Below, piece by piece: positions 11,460 through 24,998 of a DNA stretch of 64,000 nt. Source of the stretch: the human T2T-CHM13v2.0 reference genome, Homo sapiens. Both the position numbers and the translations under genes were made by a program. How positions within the stretch are numbered: position 1 is the first letter of the stretch; every line of letters begins with the position of its first letter. The notes under the pieces were generated by a model. That model was given only the letters and a program-made list of their open reading frames with translations, was not told where the DNA came from and made no database searches. The stretch is taken from assembly GCF_009914755.1 (NCBI RefSeq), contig NC_060942.1; one strand, given 5' to 3'.

Positions 11460-12279
11460 CATCCTCAGCTTCCCCAGGCCAATGAGACTTGAGATGATCC
11501 AGGAAGTTTCTGATGAAGTGTTTAAGGAGAGCTTGTAAAAGAGGGCAGACTCAGCTGCTAAAGGGCATTATACTTTTTATTCCCCCATTCCCTCTCCCAT
11601 TCTTCTGGCCTGGAACTTGGATCTGGTGCCCATTGGTGGAGCAGTCACCTTGCAAGTTTAAAAACCAAAGTCACATGCTAAGGATGGTGAACCAGGAAGA
11701 GAGAAGGAGCCTGTTCCTTGAATTCTGCACCTGGGCTACCTATTCCTAAACTCTGTTACATGAGAAAAGTAACATCTAATTTGGTTAAGCACTCATTCAG
11801 GTTGTCTAATCTGTAACCAACCACCCACATCTTCATGACTTGAAACAACAACAGTTATTTTGCTCATGAACCTGCAGTCTGGGTAGGTGAGGGCAACCAA
11901 TCTCTGCTCTACCTGAGGTCAGTTGGGAGATTAGAGGGGTTGGAGTTATCTGAAGGCTTGTTCCCTCTCATGTCTGGTGGGTGACATTGACCGGTGACTG
12001 AGATCTAAGCTGGGACTCCAGCTAGAATTCCTGCATGTGGCTTCTCCTTGTGGCTTGGGCTTCCTTACAACATAGTGGTTGGGTTCCAAGGTCAAACATC
12101 CCAAGAGAGTAAGATCCAGGCACAAGACGGGTTATCCTTCACTACCTAGTCTTGTACATCATGCAGTGTTGCCTCCATCACCAGAAGTGTGGCTATGGCC
12201 ATTTTTGTAAAACACAATCTGCCACAGCACTCTTATCAGGTTTCTGTTGCATGCAGCGGATTCCAACACTGACTGAGCA
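11460..12279 (+). mobile_element. MLT1J-like solo LTR, split by MLT1F
   Basis: GGCCAATGAGAC, CACATGCTAAGGATGG, GAGAAGGAGCCTG, TTGGTTAAGC; resumes after the insertion with TCAGGTTTCTGTTGCATGCAGC...CTGACTGAGCA. Confidence 0.7.
11794..12226 (-). mobile_element. MLT1F-like solo LTR
   Basis: TTTTGCTCATGAACCTGCAGTCTGGG, CATGTGGCTTCTCCTTGTGGCTTGGGCTTCC, end AAAACACAATCTGCCACA; TSD GCACT at 11789-11793 and 12227-12231. Confidence 0.8.
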
Positions 12280-12479
12280 GGCATGACTGCCATGTGTTCC
12301 CTGTGACCACTTCACACTTTCCTACCTGTCTCTGGTTTGCCGTGTGAGGTCTACAGTGCTACTGGTTCTCAAACCACCTACAGCAGATTATGGATGGCTA
12401 CTTAAAGGAGAGCATCCTAAGGTGTGAAGATGCTTTCAAGTCCTGATCATTAGATATGCATCTTAACATTTCATCTGTT

Positions 12480-13340
12480 CACATATAGAAAGTGTTTTGT
12501 GACAGGTATAAAAGAAGTTGTGACTCCTAAGAGTATTTACAGTCTTCTTAGAATATCAGTATTTACACACAACACAATTAGCAAACAACATGCAATGGTG
12601 AGTAACATGGTTTTAGAAGGGGTGAAGCGGATCAAGTGCTATAGATGATAATACAGTGTAACAATCAGTGTGGCGTGAGGCTAATCAGGGACAGCTCCAT
12701 GGAGTGTACAGAGGGGGGAAGGAGAAGGAGGACTTTCAGGTAAGGGTCTCAACAGGAACCCAGCATAGAAGTGAGAATGAATTTGGTGTGTTCATGGACG
12801 TGGAGGCAACTGGGCTGATTAGATGGTGCACTCTTTTAGGGGAGCAGGGAAACAAGGATGAAGGGGGAGGAGGTCAGTGGAGACAGCAGGATTATAGATA
12901 AGAAATTTCTTATAGCATCAGATGTCCAAAGACCCTCTCTCTGTGTCCCTTCAAAGAGATAAGGGAAGTCGGTCTGTCATCTTGAAGCACAAGGAGTGAA
13001 CAAAGAATAGTTCCCTTCTTCCTCAAGACAAGAGCAACCATACCTTATTTATTTATCCAAATCCCATTTACAGATACACTAGTATGTTTTAGGCACTGAG
13101 GACATTAAAGTGAACGTAAAATATCCCTGATCTGACCTCAAAGACCTTCTAGTCTACTGAGTCACGCATGGCAGAAGTTGGGCTGTCACTATGATGTCAT
13201 AGTGTGAGGGGTGTGATGGTGAGGCAGGCATAAGGTGGAGATAGAGCACTCACTGCAGCCTAGTGTGGGATGGAGGCCAAGGAAGGTGCCCCAGAAAGGG
13301 GGATTTCTAAGTGAGTGTTTTGAGGGACTAGGTCCCAACT
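12480..13340 (-). mobile_element. L2 fragments (two or more pieces)
   Basis: Degenerate L2 3' motifs, e.g. AGGCACTGAGGACATTAAAGTGAAC...CTGACCTCAAAGACCTTCTAGTCTA; boundaries uncertain. Confidence 0.45.
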
Positions 13341-13387
13341 TCTCCTCTAGCTCCTTGATGGATAATGAGTTGGCCAAGGAGTAGGCA

Positions 13388-13572
13388 CTATAGTGGAGTA
13401 GAAAGAGTCCTGCCAGATTGTGAATTGGGAAGCCTGGAACCTTAGGTATATCTTTGTCTCTATGAGCTGTGTTACCTTAGAAAAATTACTTTCCCTCTCT
13501 GGGCCTTAAATGTCCTCCTTCATAAAAATGGCCAATGACCTCTAAGGTCACATCGAGCTCAAAAATTCTATT
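13388..13572 (+). mobile_element. MIR3-like SINE
   Basis: AGCTGTGTTACCTTAGAAAAATTACTTTCCCTCTCTGGGCCT...ATGACCTCTAAGGTC...AGCTCAAAAATTCTAT. Confidence 0.7.
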
Positions 13573-14625
13573 GTCAGATGGTTTCTCTGAAAGGAAGTTA
13601 TGTGAAGGTGCTTAAGGAATGCATATGTTTAGTTAATTTCATAACTTGGCTTCCTATGTACAAATTACGGCTACCCCAAGAGAGACCCAGTTCTATTAAA
13701 AGCCTGGCATTCGTTTTGATCATGCTTAGAAATACTGCGGGATATCATCAGCAATGCACATGAAACCTCTGCTCACTCATACTCCAGACAGATGACAAAG
13801 TGATAAGCAGAACTAATTCCCCAGGGCAATATTTCTTCCCAAAGCATAGATATGGGTGAATTATTGCCATTCTTAATTGCCTAATGATTTTTTTCCCCTT
13901 TCATGTAATCTTTTCGGGGGGTTGTATTTTTACCATCTTGCAAATTCATATTGGCAGAGTGATATACATTGTCGAATAAAACACAGTGGCCAATCCATCA
14001 AAAATCAGGCTGCAGTTGCCTTGAGATTTTTGGAAAGAGTCTACAAAAAAGGGGAGGCAGAGAGGTGGGGAGAGAGGGTGCTTCAGTAACATGGGCGATC
14101 GCTTCCTGGCTGTTGGGTCAGCAGTTCTCACGGCTGACCCTGGGATGGGCTGAGCATTTGAATCTACTCCCAAGTCTTTTCCTTCTGGGTTCAAGTTTTG
14201 GCTCTTCAGGGCGTTAGCCTTATTAGCCGCAGCTGTCTGGGGAACTCAGAAGGCAATTAGGCCAGGGAGTGAGCCGTATAGGGGATTGGTAATGGAATGT
14301 GGATTCTTTTCTCCCTGACTTAATTGTTTGCATCTGACCAGAAATCATTACCAGCTGATGGCTGCTTGGTGGCATCTGTGAACTAAAGTGGGACCCAATG
14401 GAGTTCTTAATATGTGATGAGAGAGGGTTCTTGGGAGAGACCTCATAGACAGACAGCTTCCTTAGCTCCGTTGATGGCGAGGAGAGTTTGCCCTGAACTA
14501 ATGTGTCCTTTAAGAGGTGACGTTGCTAGTGTGTTGCCTCCTTTCCACTTTCCATGATGTGAGGACCAACAACAATTGCTGGAAGATTTGGTGATGTGAC
14601 ACCCACAAGTCCATGGCGGACTCTA

Positions 14626-14797
14626 AGTGGTTCTCAGCTTTTGCTGCACATTAGGGTTAGCTGAGGATCTTTTCGACCTCTTTTTGCTTCACCCAAGATT
14701 AATTACATCTGAATCTCTGAGGGTGGGACCTGGGTGTCAGTATTTTTACAGCTCCCCAAGTGTTTCCAACATGCAGCTAAGGTTAAGAGCCACCACA
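14626..14797. mobile_element. MER5A-like hAT-Charlie MITE
   Basis: AGTGGTTCTCAGC...CTGAATCTCTGAGGGTGGGACCTGGG...TATTTTTACAGCTCCCCAAG...GGTTAAGAGCCAC. Confidence 0.8.
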
Positions 14798-14914
14798 GTG
14801 GGAAGGGGTTTCATCATCACTCACTTAGAAACAGTGATCTTGAATTTCTTCACTGAGGCGGGTACAAAGAAAGGGAATAAGGAAGAAAAAAGTCAGGACT
14901 GGGGAGAGCCCTGC

Positions 14915-15140
14915 AAGCAATTTTCTCAACATGATTTTGAGACCCACTATGTGCCAGGCACTGGACTAGGTGCTACTAGGGCTACAGCTGGAATGAGACA
15001 GTGAGTCACCATTTCCTGGAGGATACAAGTAGCTGATCTCAACAGGGTGCCAAGGGTGCACAGAAAAGTTCCTGATTATTTATGATGAGAAACCAGAATC
15101 TAAAGGAGGAAGAGAGGCAGGGTGAACACAGAGTGTTCTA
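14915..15140 (-). mobile_element. L2 fragment
   Basis: TTGAGACCCACTATGTGCCAGGCACTGGACTAGGTGCT. Confidence 0.55.
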
Positions 15141-15143
15141 GGC

Positions 15144-15445
15144 CAGTGCTGGCCAATAAAATATAAGGGAGCTACATATATCTTTTGACATTTTCTAATA
15201 CACATAGCACCATTTTTAAAAACTAAAAGGTAAAATTAATTTTAATAGCGTTATTTGATTTTAACCAGGTATATCCAAAATATTATGTCAACATATAATC
15301 ACTATACAAATCATTAATGAGCTATTTTGCACTTTTCATACTAAGCCTTCAAAATCCAGTTTTGATTTTATCCTTATAGTGCATCTCAATTTCGACTAGC
15401 TACATTTCAAGTGTTGAATAGCTAGTCACTACTGATTTTCAGAGT
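15144..15445. mobile_element. MER33-like hAT-Charlie MITE
   Basis: CAGTGCTGGCCAATA, AAATTAATTTTAATA, TATATCCAAAATATTAT, GCATCTCAATTTCGACTAGCTACATTTCAAGTG. Confidence 0.8.
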
Positions 15446-15562
15446 CAGACTGGTTAGCACTGACTTAGACAGAGGGACGAGTGTGTTTGCTGTGCTGTGT
15501 GTTGAGGACCATGGGAAATTCACTGTGGCCAAGCGCAGAGTGAGGGTCATGGCAGGCGTGCC

Positions 15563-15906
<344 letters not shown>

Positions 15907-16134
15907 GGTAGGGCAGGCACTGAGAGAACCCATCTACAATGATTTCCTCCTCCTCCTGCTTTTCTAGGGGTGGAAGCACCATCTTGATCCAGTATGCCTC
16001 TTCCCAAGTGCCTCAGGAGGACAACTCCTCCCCAGCCCCAGGGAATAAATCAACATTGCCCTAAATCCTATCCACGTAATTTCATTCCCTTTGCTTGTGA
16101 CTGATTTATAATGTCCCTGTGATTACCCAGAGGA

Positions 16135-16525
16135 TGCTGAGGGAATGAAAATTAAAACCACAATAAAATACCACTACACATTCATAGAATTGGCAAAAAT
16201 TTAAAAATGTGAAGTGGAAAAAAGTGCAAGCAAGGAAAAAGAATGATAAAAATTCCCAGTGACAGTATAAAATATTACAAATTATTTGGAGAAAGTTTGG
16301 CATCTAATAAAGTTAAAGGTATGCATATCCTGCCACTCAGTACTTCCATTCTTAGGAAAATACACCTCGGGAAATATCTATAGTCATGCTCGTAGCACCA
16401 TTCCAGTGTATCAGCCAAATACTGGAAACAACCCAAATGTCCATCAACAATAGAATGAATACACTGTGATGTATTCATACCATAGAATATTATACAGCAA
16501 TGGAAATGAACAAATTACTACTGGG
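16135..16525 (+). mobile_element. Old L1M (L1ME-like) ORF2-end/3' UTR fragment
   Basis: AAATTAAAACCACAAT, ACTGGAAACAACCCAAATGTCCATCAACAATAGAATGAATA, GAATATTATACAGCAATG. Confidence 0.8.
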
Positions 16526-17401
16526 ATAAATTAGTTTTCCCACTTTTGGCCTGGCTGCTTTATAGTGATGGTCTGAAGCAAATAACTTCTCCAACCCTCA
16601 ATTTTTCATCTGCTTCATATTTTGGTATGATGCAAGTGAGATGAACATGTTACACCGTCACTGTGGATCTAGCCTTCCTAAATGAGCACTTTGCAGCCTG
16701 CAGGCCATCTGGCAGCTTTCCTCTTTGACTCAGGGAAGGAAGCCTGTGAGCAGGCCTCCACCACTGCGGTTGGAAAATCCTTAACATTGATTCTCCAGAG
16801 GAGCTTGAAACAGACCAGGTGATTGTGCACACTAGGAACAGAAAGGGATTGAGCCACAGGAAAAGAGAACTTAATAGAAAACTAAGACAGACAAGGAGAA
16901 AAATAGAGGCAGAAGAAGCCCCTTTCTCAGAGAGGAAGTCCAAACAGGGCCATGATGATGCTAGTCCATCTGAGGCCAGGCCACTTGGACTCATGGGGTC
17001 TGCAACCTGGGGAGGATATATGAGGGCATGACTTAGACAGTGCAGAGCAGAGACCAAAGCATAATCAGGTAGATGCTTACTCATCCCAGGAACTCCTCCT
17101 ACTAACAGAAGGAGGAAGATGGGGTCGAGCCCTTGGGAAATGGGAATAGCAGGGACTAGCTGAGAAAATAGGACCCAGCTAGGCAGCTGTGTTCTCACAG
17201 CAAGGCCTCAGATGTCAAAGCATCAGAAATACGGAAAATAAAAAGCATGATTAATGCAGTTGGGATGGTGGATTTAGTGGCGGGATCTCAAGTCTTTGCT
17301 GAAGCATAGTCCTCCTCCTCTGAGTTGTCTTGGCACTGTATGTGCTGTTCTGCACGCCTCACAGGCTCTTCCATTTCTTGCCTTGCATTGGTGTTCTTGG
17401 T

Positions 17402-17929
17402 TGTTCATAAAACAGTTGACATGGCAGGCCAGAGACTTGTATCTTTTGCCTGTAAAAATAGCCCTTGTCTGGTGTCTTGCAATTTGGATTTCAGGAGTGT
17501 TCTTAACCATTCCTAAACTCTGCCTAAATGGTTTATACAAATAATGTGGTTGTACTAAATACCTGCTTTCCTTCTGGGTCTGGAATTACAGCATGTGCCA
17601 GGCAGAGGGTGTCTATGTGACCAGCCCCCCAAAAAACCTTGGGAACTAAGTCCCTACTGCACTTGCCTGATAGCCAACATTTCACAAGTGTTGTCACAAC
17701 TCACTGCTGGAGGAATTAAGTGTGTCCTGTATGACACTCTTGGGGAAAGGACTCTTGGAAGCTTGCATCCAGTTTCCCTTGCCCTTGACCCCATGCATCT
17801 TTTCCCTTTGCTGATTTTGCTTTGTGTCTTTTCAGTGTAATAAGCCATGAATATGACTACATCCTGGGTCCTGTGAGTCCTCCTTGTGAATCACTGAGCC
17901 TGGCAGTGTTCTTAGAGATCCCTAACACA
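17402..17929 (+). mobile_element. MER68-like ERVL solo LTR
   Basis: TG...CA termini; AGGCAGAGGGTGTCTATGTGACCAGCCCCC and TTTCCCTTTGCTGATTTTGCTTTG; perfect 5-bp TSD TTGGT at 17397-17401 and 17930-17934. Confidence 0.88.
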
Positions 17930-18009
17930 TTGGTATACTGGTCTTACTTATCTCAACTGCTTTTTAAGCTTTTGCGCTGCGAGCATCAGGCATCTCAGCA
18001 TCCTGACAA

Positions 18010-18240
18010 GAATATCAGACTAAGAACCAGAACATCTGTCTTTGAAGCTCTGTTTCTCTACTTCCTGGCTGTATGGCATTAGGGGAGTCAATTGTCTTTG
18101 TTGAGTACTCCTTAGTTTTCTCATTGAGAATGGATACAGTGATCATCCCCCACCTACTTCATAGTGTATTGTGAGATTCAAATAAAATGATGGGTGTGAA
18201 AATATTCCCAACTCTTAAGGCATAATCTCAATGAAAGATG
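18010..18240 (+). mobile_element. MIR SINE
   Basis: CTACTTCCTGGCTGTATGGC...AGTTTTCTCATT...CACCTACTTCATAGTGTATTGTGAGATTCAAATAAAATGA. Confidence 0.65.
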
Positions 18241-18341
18241 ACCATAAATCTATACACTCATACCATGCCTTGGATAAGGTAAACATTCTGTTAGTTTCCG
18301 CTGAATAGATAAATCAATGCAAGTGATCTCATTCTTTTCTC

Positions 18342-18700
18342 TGCTATGGTTTTTGTACTCCCAAAATCTATATGTTGAAACCTAATCACCAATGTCATAA
18401 TGTTAGATGGGGCCTTTGGGAGGTTATTAGGTCATTAGGTTATTAGGTTCCACCCTCATGGAAGGGATTAGTGCCCTTATAAAAGAGTCTCCACAGAGCT
18501 GTCTTCCCCCTTCCACCATATGAGGACACAGCTAGAAGGCACCATCTATGAATGAAAGCAGGCCCTCACCTGACAAGGAATCTGACAGTGCCTTAATCTT
18601 GGACTTCCCAGCCTCTAGAACGGTGAGAAATAGATTTCTCTTGCTTATAAGCTACCTAGTTTAGAGTATTTTGTTATAGAAGCCCAAACAGACTAAGACA
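18342..18700 (+). mobile_element. MLT1A-like solo LTR
   Basis: TGCTATGG...TATGTTGAAACCTAATC...GGATTAGTGCCCTTATAAAAGAG...TTGGACTTCCCAGCCTCTAGAAC...GACTAAGACA; TSD TTCTC/CTCTC. Confidence 0.9.
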
Positions 18701-20164
18701 CTCTCCAGAGTCCATAGCATGTGGCAGAATTCTGGACATTGGAGGAATAAAAGAAACAATTTTCAATTGTCAGGATAGAAAACCAAAACCAAACCAATCG
18801 CCAACACCCTAGTGCAGTGTTCCTCCCCCACAATTCCATTCTTCTTCATTGACAATCCTTGACCATGGGGTAGTGCTTTTAGAGCCTCCTAAACTCCCTT
18901 AAACCATTTGCTTTTGAACTCCACTCATCAGCCTCTTGTCAGCCACCACCAGTAGGAACACGAAGGCCTTAATTGATCAGGCACGGCAGTAGCCTTGAGA
19001 ACTTGATTCAGGTATTGACTTCTGAGGAGCCAGTTTCACTCTGGCCTCCACAGCTAGGAGCAGCTGAACATCAAAACTATTAACCTCTAGCCTGAGCAGT
19101 TGGCGAGGCAGCCCAGCAGCAGTAATTAGGAAGTCAATCGGAATCGCCTGTCTCACTTACACTGGCATGTCAATCAATAGCAGCAGTGACAGGTTCATTA
19201 GGCCCAGGCCATGCAAGCCCAGCCTGTAACAACCTCATAAAATACACCAACGACTCAAGGCAGAGAGAAATCTGCCCGAAGGACTAGAGTGGATGACAAT
19301 ATGTATTGATTAGGGCTCCAGCAATTTATGAAGTGCTACTTGTTGGCCAACCTTTCTGACTCAGTGCTAAATTTTCCCAAGTAGTTGCAAGATGAAACCA
19401 AATATTACCCTTTAAAAAAATGAAAGCAAGCTGTTGTCTGACAGGGCATTTTTTACATTAGTTACTCCTAGCAAATAATCTATCGGGGTAAAACTTCAAT
19501 AGTTACTTAAGGCTGAAGCGATACCTTTGTCTCTGTGACCATCAGACTTTGAAAGAAGTCTGCAGAAGAAAAAATATGATTTGACGTGTGATTAGGCAAG
19601 ACTCTACCTTCGGAGAGACAGGGTGATTTAGGCATTCATTTCTACTTGGCATTTTTAGTGGCTCATCTGGGTTGTTTAGGGCGGGGGTGGGGATGGCTGA
19701 CACCTGGGTTTTCAGGGCTAATTTAAGAGCTCTATAGAAGGAGGGTGGGGAGGGGGTGTGAAAGGATTCCTCTGGCTCCATCCCTCCCTCATGGCTGACA
19801 CTGCTTGACCACATTTGCTGGAGACCTTGCTTGCCTCTAAAGCCTGCTGAATAACAGGGCAGTTATTCCGAGACTCATCCAGTCTGTCCTTGAAAACAAC
19901 ACAAGGAGGGGGTGACATGTTCACTGCGCAACCAGACTTACGTGTCACCTCACTATTAGTCCTGGGAAATAGCCAGAGGTTTGTGGCTAGCCAAATGTCT
20001 CCTAAGATTGCTTCTGTCTTTGGTGGTCAAAGGCACACACATCCACACCCATGCATTCATTATCAGAAAAAGGCTTAAGACTGCTTTACATTTGAAAAAA
20101 CTCCAAAAATTCATGACATGCCCAAAGCTGGTCCCTGTTTGGACTGTCCCCAAAGGAGTGTGCA

Positions 20165-20400
20165 CACTGAAGACAGAGCTGGTGGTCAGAGTCAGGTTAG
20201 AAGGGCTGAATTCAGTCCCTGTTTTGTTGCAATTAGCTGTCACCTTGAGAAAGACCCCCTACCTCACTAAGTTTGGTTTCTTCATCAATAAAATGGGATA
20301 AAAATGTCACTGTTTCTATCCAACATGGTTATTGGAAATCACAGGTGAAATAATGGAACAGAAACTTTTTTTTTGTAAAACACTGTGTAAGTGTAAAAGT
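20165..20400 (+). mobile_element. MIR SINE
   Basis: TTAGCTGTCACCTTGAG...GGTTTCTTCATCAATAAAATGGGATAA. Confidence 0.6.
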
Positions 20401-22442
20401 AGGTATATAGGGAGAATATCAACTGTGTTCATCCCATCTGCCAAGTAGAAGGGGAGGTTCCAAATCATGACATGGAAGTTGAGATGTTCTCTCCTAATAT
20501 CTTAAGGACACGCCCACATCAATCAATCCACAAATATTTATTGAGCTTTGTAAGATACTATGGTTGATCTTTACCTCCCTCTCTTCTGGTTTCAGTTACA
20601 GGAACTCACTAACAGTGTGGAGAGGGAAAACACTGGTTTTTCCCAACCAAGTCCCAAGGCACAGATCTTTATGTAAAACCAATCCTCAAGCAGGATTCTC
20701 TTTTGTCCCCTAGGTTCCAGGAAACTTGCTTATTTGTTCCCATCCCCCAATCCTGCCCCACTGTGGGCTTCACTTCCTCTCTGGGGTTTCTTTTCTTTCT
20801 TTCAAGAAGTGCTTGCCATTTTCCCAGTCACCATCTTTGCATCCTCTTCAACAAACACAGAAATGGGAATTTAATTGCGAGTCACCAAGAAAACAACAAA
20901 ATAGCACAACAAAAACAAGACGAAAACAAACAACAAAATTCAAATGACATGTCCTAGCTGAAATTGTCCCTTATCTGTTTGGATCTGTTCAGTGGGGCCA
21001 GGCCAACCTTTTCATTGCCTCCTCCCTGGCCACTCTTTCCCTGGGCCTATGAATTCTCATGTTCTTGCCTCGCAGATCTGCCCTCTCAGTTCTGAGTAGA
21101 TTCAATGCTCAGATTGAGGTTAGTGGTGGAATTAGTTTGGAATAGCTGCTAGGGCTGGAGAGATTCTCAGTCTTTTCTGAGCCCTGCTGTCCAATTTAGT
21201 ATTTGTGCAGTCCCCCCAAGACTCTTCCTCTTGCCCCATAATTATAATCCCTGAAAAAGATATCCTCTCCAGACTGGTTTTTTTTGTTTGTTTGCTTGCT
21301 TGGTTGGTTGGTTTGTTGGTTTAGTTGTATTTAAAGTGTATTAACAAGCTTGTTGTTAGGACTGTTTCTACCTGTAGGTGAAGCCTGGCTTTTTGGACCC
21401 ATGGACCTAAATGGGCTTCTAGACCTGGTCTTTCTAGGAGCCATGTGGTCTGATGGGGGAGAGGGAGTGTGCCATCTTCCTCAGGCTTGTCTATGTGACC
21501 TGGGGCTCTTAACCAGCTCTAACAGATAGCTGCCTCTTCTGCTTTCAAAATCTCTCTCAAGTTCCTATTTCTGGTCTGAGAGGCCTTCTGTTTAGAGCTC
21601 ACTGGACAAGCAGATAATAATTAACATATTTTGAGCCCAAACCCTGCCTGTTTAGGGTTCACCAGCCATTCATCTCCCAAGGTTTATCCTCTGCTTTATC
21701 ACTTAGCGCAGGCTCTGCCTTCTGTCCCGGAGGGACCCCTTCCAAGTCCCCAAATGGAGGCAAGTCTTTACCATCTGAAAACACATGAAGCAATAAAAGA
21801 CAATTTTCGCCAGGGGAAAAGCAGCCCCAGTTGTGCTCTGTAAGCCTACTTTTAACCTTTCAAAGCCTTTCCATACCCTTGACCTTATCGCTTCTTCGTT
21901 TCCTTATGAGGTATGGATGGTAACATGTTAGTCCAGGGGAAAGACAATGGGAATTGATGCCCCAGCAGGGCCACTGTGAGAGTAGCAGAGGAGGCCATCT
22001 GGACATTCAAAAGAGGCCTGTTCTGACTTCTACCCCTCAACTTCCCTCACTTCTGATGGGCCTCAGTTTTGACCTCAGTGAAACAGAGAAATGCCTTTAT
22101 TTTTAAATATCATGAAGTGCCCAAAATTATTAAACCATGAAAAGTATAGAAATGTTTAGCCTAGGTACTACCATTTAAATTATTTTGCTGTTTGTATTTG
22201 TATGCCATAAGAGCAGTATTTCAAGCAAAAAGTTTTATGTTCTTATTCATCCATGTACTCCAGTCCCCAGCACAAATCTGGGACACAAAGGCAAACCTGT
22301 TATTTTGAACTGGTCTTTATTTATAAGGGAAAGGGGAAAAAGTGGAGTGGACATTTTAATTTTTTTAAAAGGTCATACCATAGAGACTCTCTCTGCCTCC
22401 CAGCTTCTTACAATGGCATCGTTTGTCCTGTGGCTCAGGTTT

Positions 22443-22766
<324 letters not shown>

Positions 22767-23099
22767 GTGGCTCAGGTTTAATTTGGAAGATAAGATGAGT
22801 CACGCCTTGGGAGAGTCACCCTCTTTTCCGCTAGAGCCACCACTCTCAGTCCTCTAGGCCACGTGTTCCTGCCAACCCATTGCAATGTACACATGGATAT
22901 CTGCAAGGTGCCAGAGGTGTGTGTTTTGGGGGATTGGAGAGGGACAGGAGTGGCCCCCTCAGCCTGAGAGAACCAAGCACCTCTCCTGCCTGGCACCGTG
23001 AGTGTCCCCATCTCATGAATAATCCTACATATCTGCTCTGGCAGGGGCAGTTTGAGAGCCTGCAAGATGCTGGCTTTTTAATGCTGGTTTGCAGCAAGG

Positions 23100-23830
23100 C
23101 CTGCAGGAGAAATCCTTATGCTCCAAGACAGAGCAACCAGCCAATAACGACTTTCCTTGCACCTGTGCCTGTTGCAACCATTTTTATCATTTTGCCACGC
23201 TCCATTGACCGATGGATTTTTTTCCAGCTTTGCACTTTTTTATTACTATTATTTCTATCTTCATCATTACCTCCATGCCTCTGATGGCATTTAGATATGA
23301 ACCGCCTATGAACCTTCAAGCCCAATTGTGCCATGACAAAAATATTGTCGTTTACATTCTGTGCCAAAGTATTATATAAAAACACATCAACGAAAAGGAA
23401 ATTCAGGAAGCTGGGAGTAAAGATATATAGTCAGCAAACTATATAACTTCTGGCATATTACTGCTTAATCCTAACATAATTATTCTCATCCTTTTATTTG
23501 ATTAACTTCTAATGGTTCCTCTTGGTGTTAAAGGTCCCACTCTGATCATTTGATTTTAGTGTCTGCTATAATTACCGATAATGTTCTTTGCAAGACAATT
23601 TAATGATAACCGCATAATGGCCTATATGAAGAAAGCTGCAGGGTTTCAAAGCTTTTGAGTAATATAAAATACATTAGACTAACACAAGCTATCAACATGA
23701 CAGGGAATGTTTGATTTACACTCAGGACTATGTTATAGCATCGTGGAATTTTTTTCTTTTCCTTTTCCTTTTTCTTTTCTTTTTTTTTTTTTTCTTTTTG
23801 CAGCCATTTACAATAAATGACAGAACAGTT
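23100..23830. promoter_or_regulatory. Candidate conserved non-coding element / developmental enhancer
   Basis: Repeat-free, AT-rich unique sequence with TAATCC (23466), TGATTTAC (23712), TGACAG (23698, 23818) and many TAAT cores. Conservation was not tested. Confidence 0.45.
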
Positions 23831-24954
23831 GGACAATCTGCAACTTGCTGATTGCAAAAAATGTATCACAATGTTTGGAATGGTGCAGTGGCAGCTAGGG
23901 GAGCTCTGGGGAAATGGTGTCCTTGGAGCAGGGCTGGGACAAGAGCCGTGGGCCTGGCTTCCTGAGGACAGTGAACAAATAGCCTTCCCCTGGGTAGATC
24001 AGCCCAAAAGGTAAACCCACTTCTCTTTCCTCTTCTCCTTGCGTGTTGCAGATCCCAACAACTGAGATTCTTTCTGCCAGTCATATTCACCAGGTTAGTG
24101 GTTAGCTATTGGCTCTGTTTGGGTAGCCAAAGTCTCAATCAGTTAACTATTTTTAGGATCAAAATAATAATTAGTTTGTTTTCAGTTACTTCGTCTCTCC
24201 TTCAAAAATAAGCAAATGAGTGATTACACGGAAAAGCCAGCCTAAAACAAAAGAACAATTTTGTCCAAGCCCTGCCAGCCTGCAGTCAACACTGTCCTCT
24301 TGCCAGCCCCTCTCCTGGCCAGTGCCGTCGGCAGTCAACGTTCCAGATTTGGGAGCCTGGCACGTGTGCCTCTTTTGTTTGAAATAAAGTGATCAGTCAC
24401 CACTCTGGCCAAATGCAGCATAATTGATGGTGTGAGTGGATGGAGAAAATTTCCTGTCAGAAAAAAGGTTAACTGTGGACATATTACAGCCAGGGTCTCT
24501 GATTCCAGTATAATGGCATTTGGACAAAAGTAGGGCCCGTCCTTTTTATAGCACTTTATGCCCCATTAGTATTACTGCAAGTCCCAGGACCTGCCTGTTC
24601 GGGCACTTAATCAAAAGCAATGGGTTGAAAATCATGTCCCAGATCTCCTCATATTTGATTCATTCCTTCTAGATAGGAAGAAGTAAAAAACACATTACTA
24701 GCATCCAAACAGCACATGCATTATGCGCTAAGCAGTTGAGAAGGCTATCATTGGGTTTTATCCCTTTGGGTACTTGGATGGACAAGTACTTTCCTATTCA
24801 TCCATTCACTGGCGGAGGCAGCCATATTTCATTTTTTTTTCTTCTGCTGACAGACAATCCGTTAGTTTTCCACAGATCTCTCTTTTAAAGACACATTCAT
24901 GTCACTTATTTTAATTGTAGGCTTCAGGCAGCAAAGCCCAGAAATGTGCGCTCA

Positions 24955-24998
24955 TGTGCACACACACACACACACACTTACACACACACACACACACA
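24955..24998. repeat. (CA)n microsatellite, interrupted
   Basis: Two CA runs separated by TT. Confidence 0.95.

Noticed and set aside
16650-17198. 182-aa hydrophobic ORF resembling a membrane protein
   Set aside because: The Leu/Phe/Ser run is just the complement of an AG-rich tract; non-ATG start and no family resemblance.
16940-17400. Possible ancient ERVL LTR hosting MER68
   Set aside because: Only a vague resemblance; I could not define termini or family.
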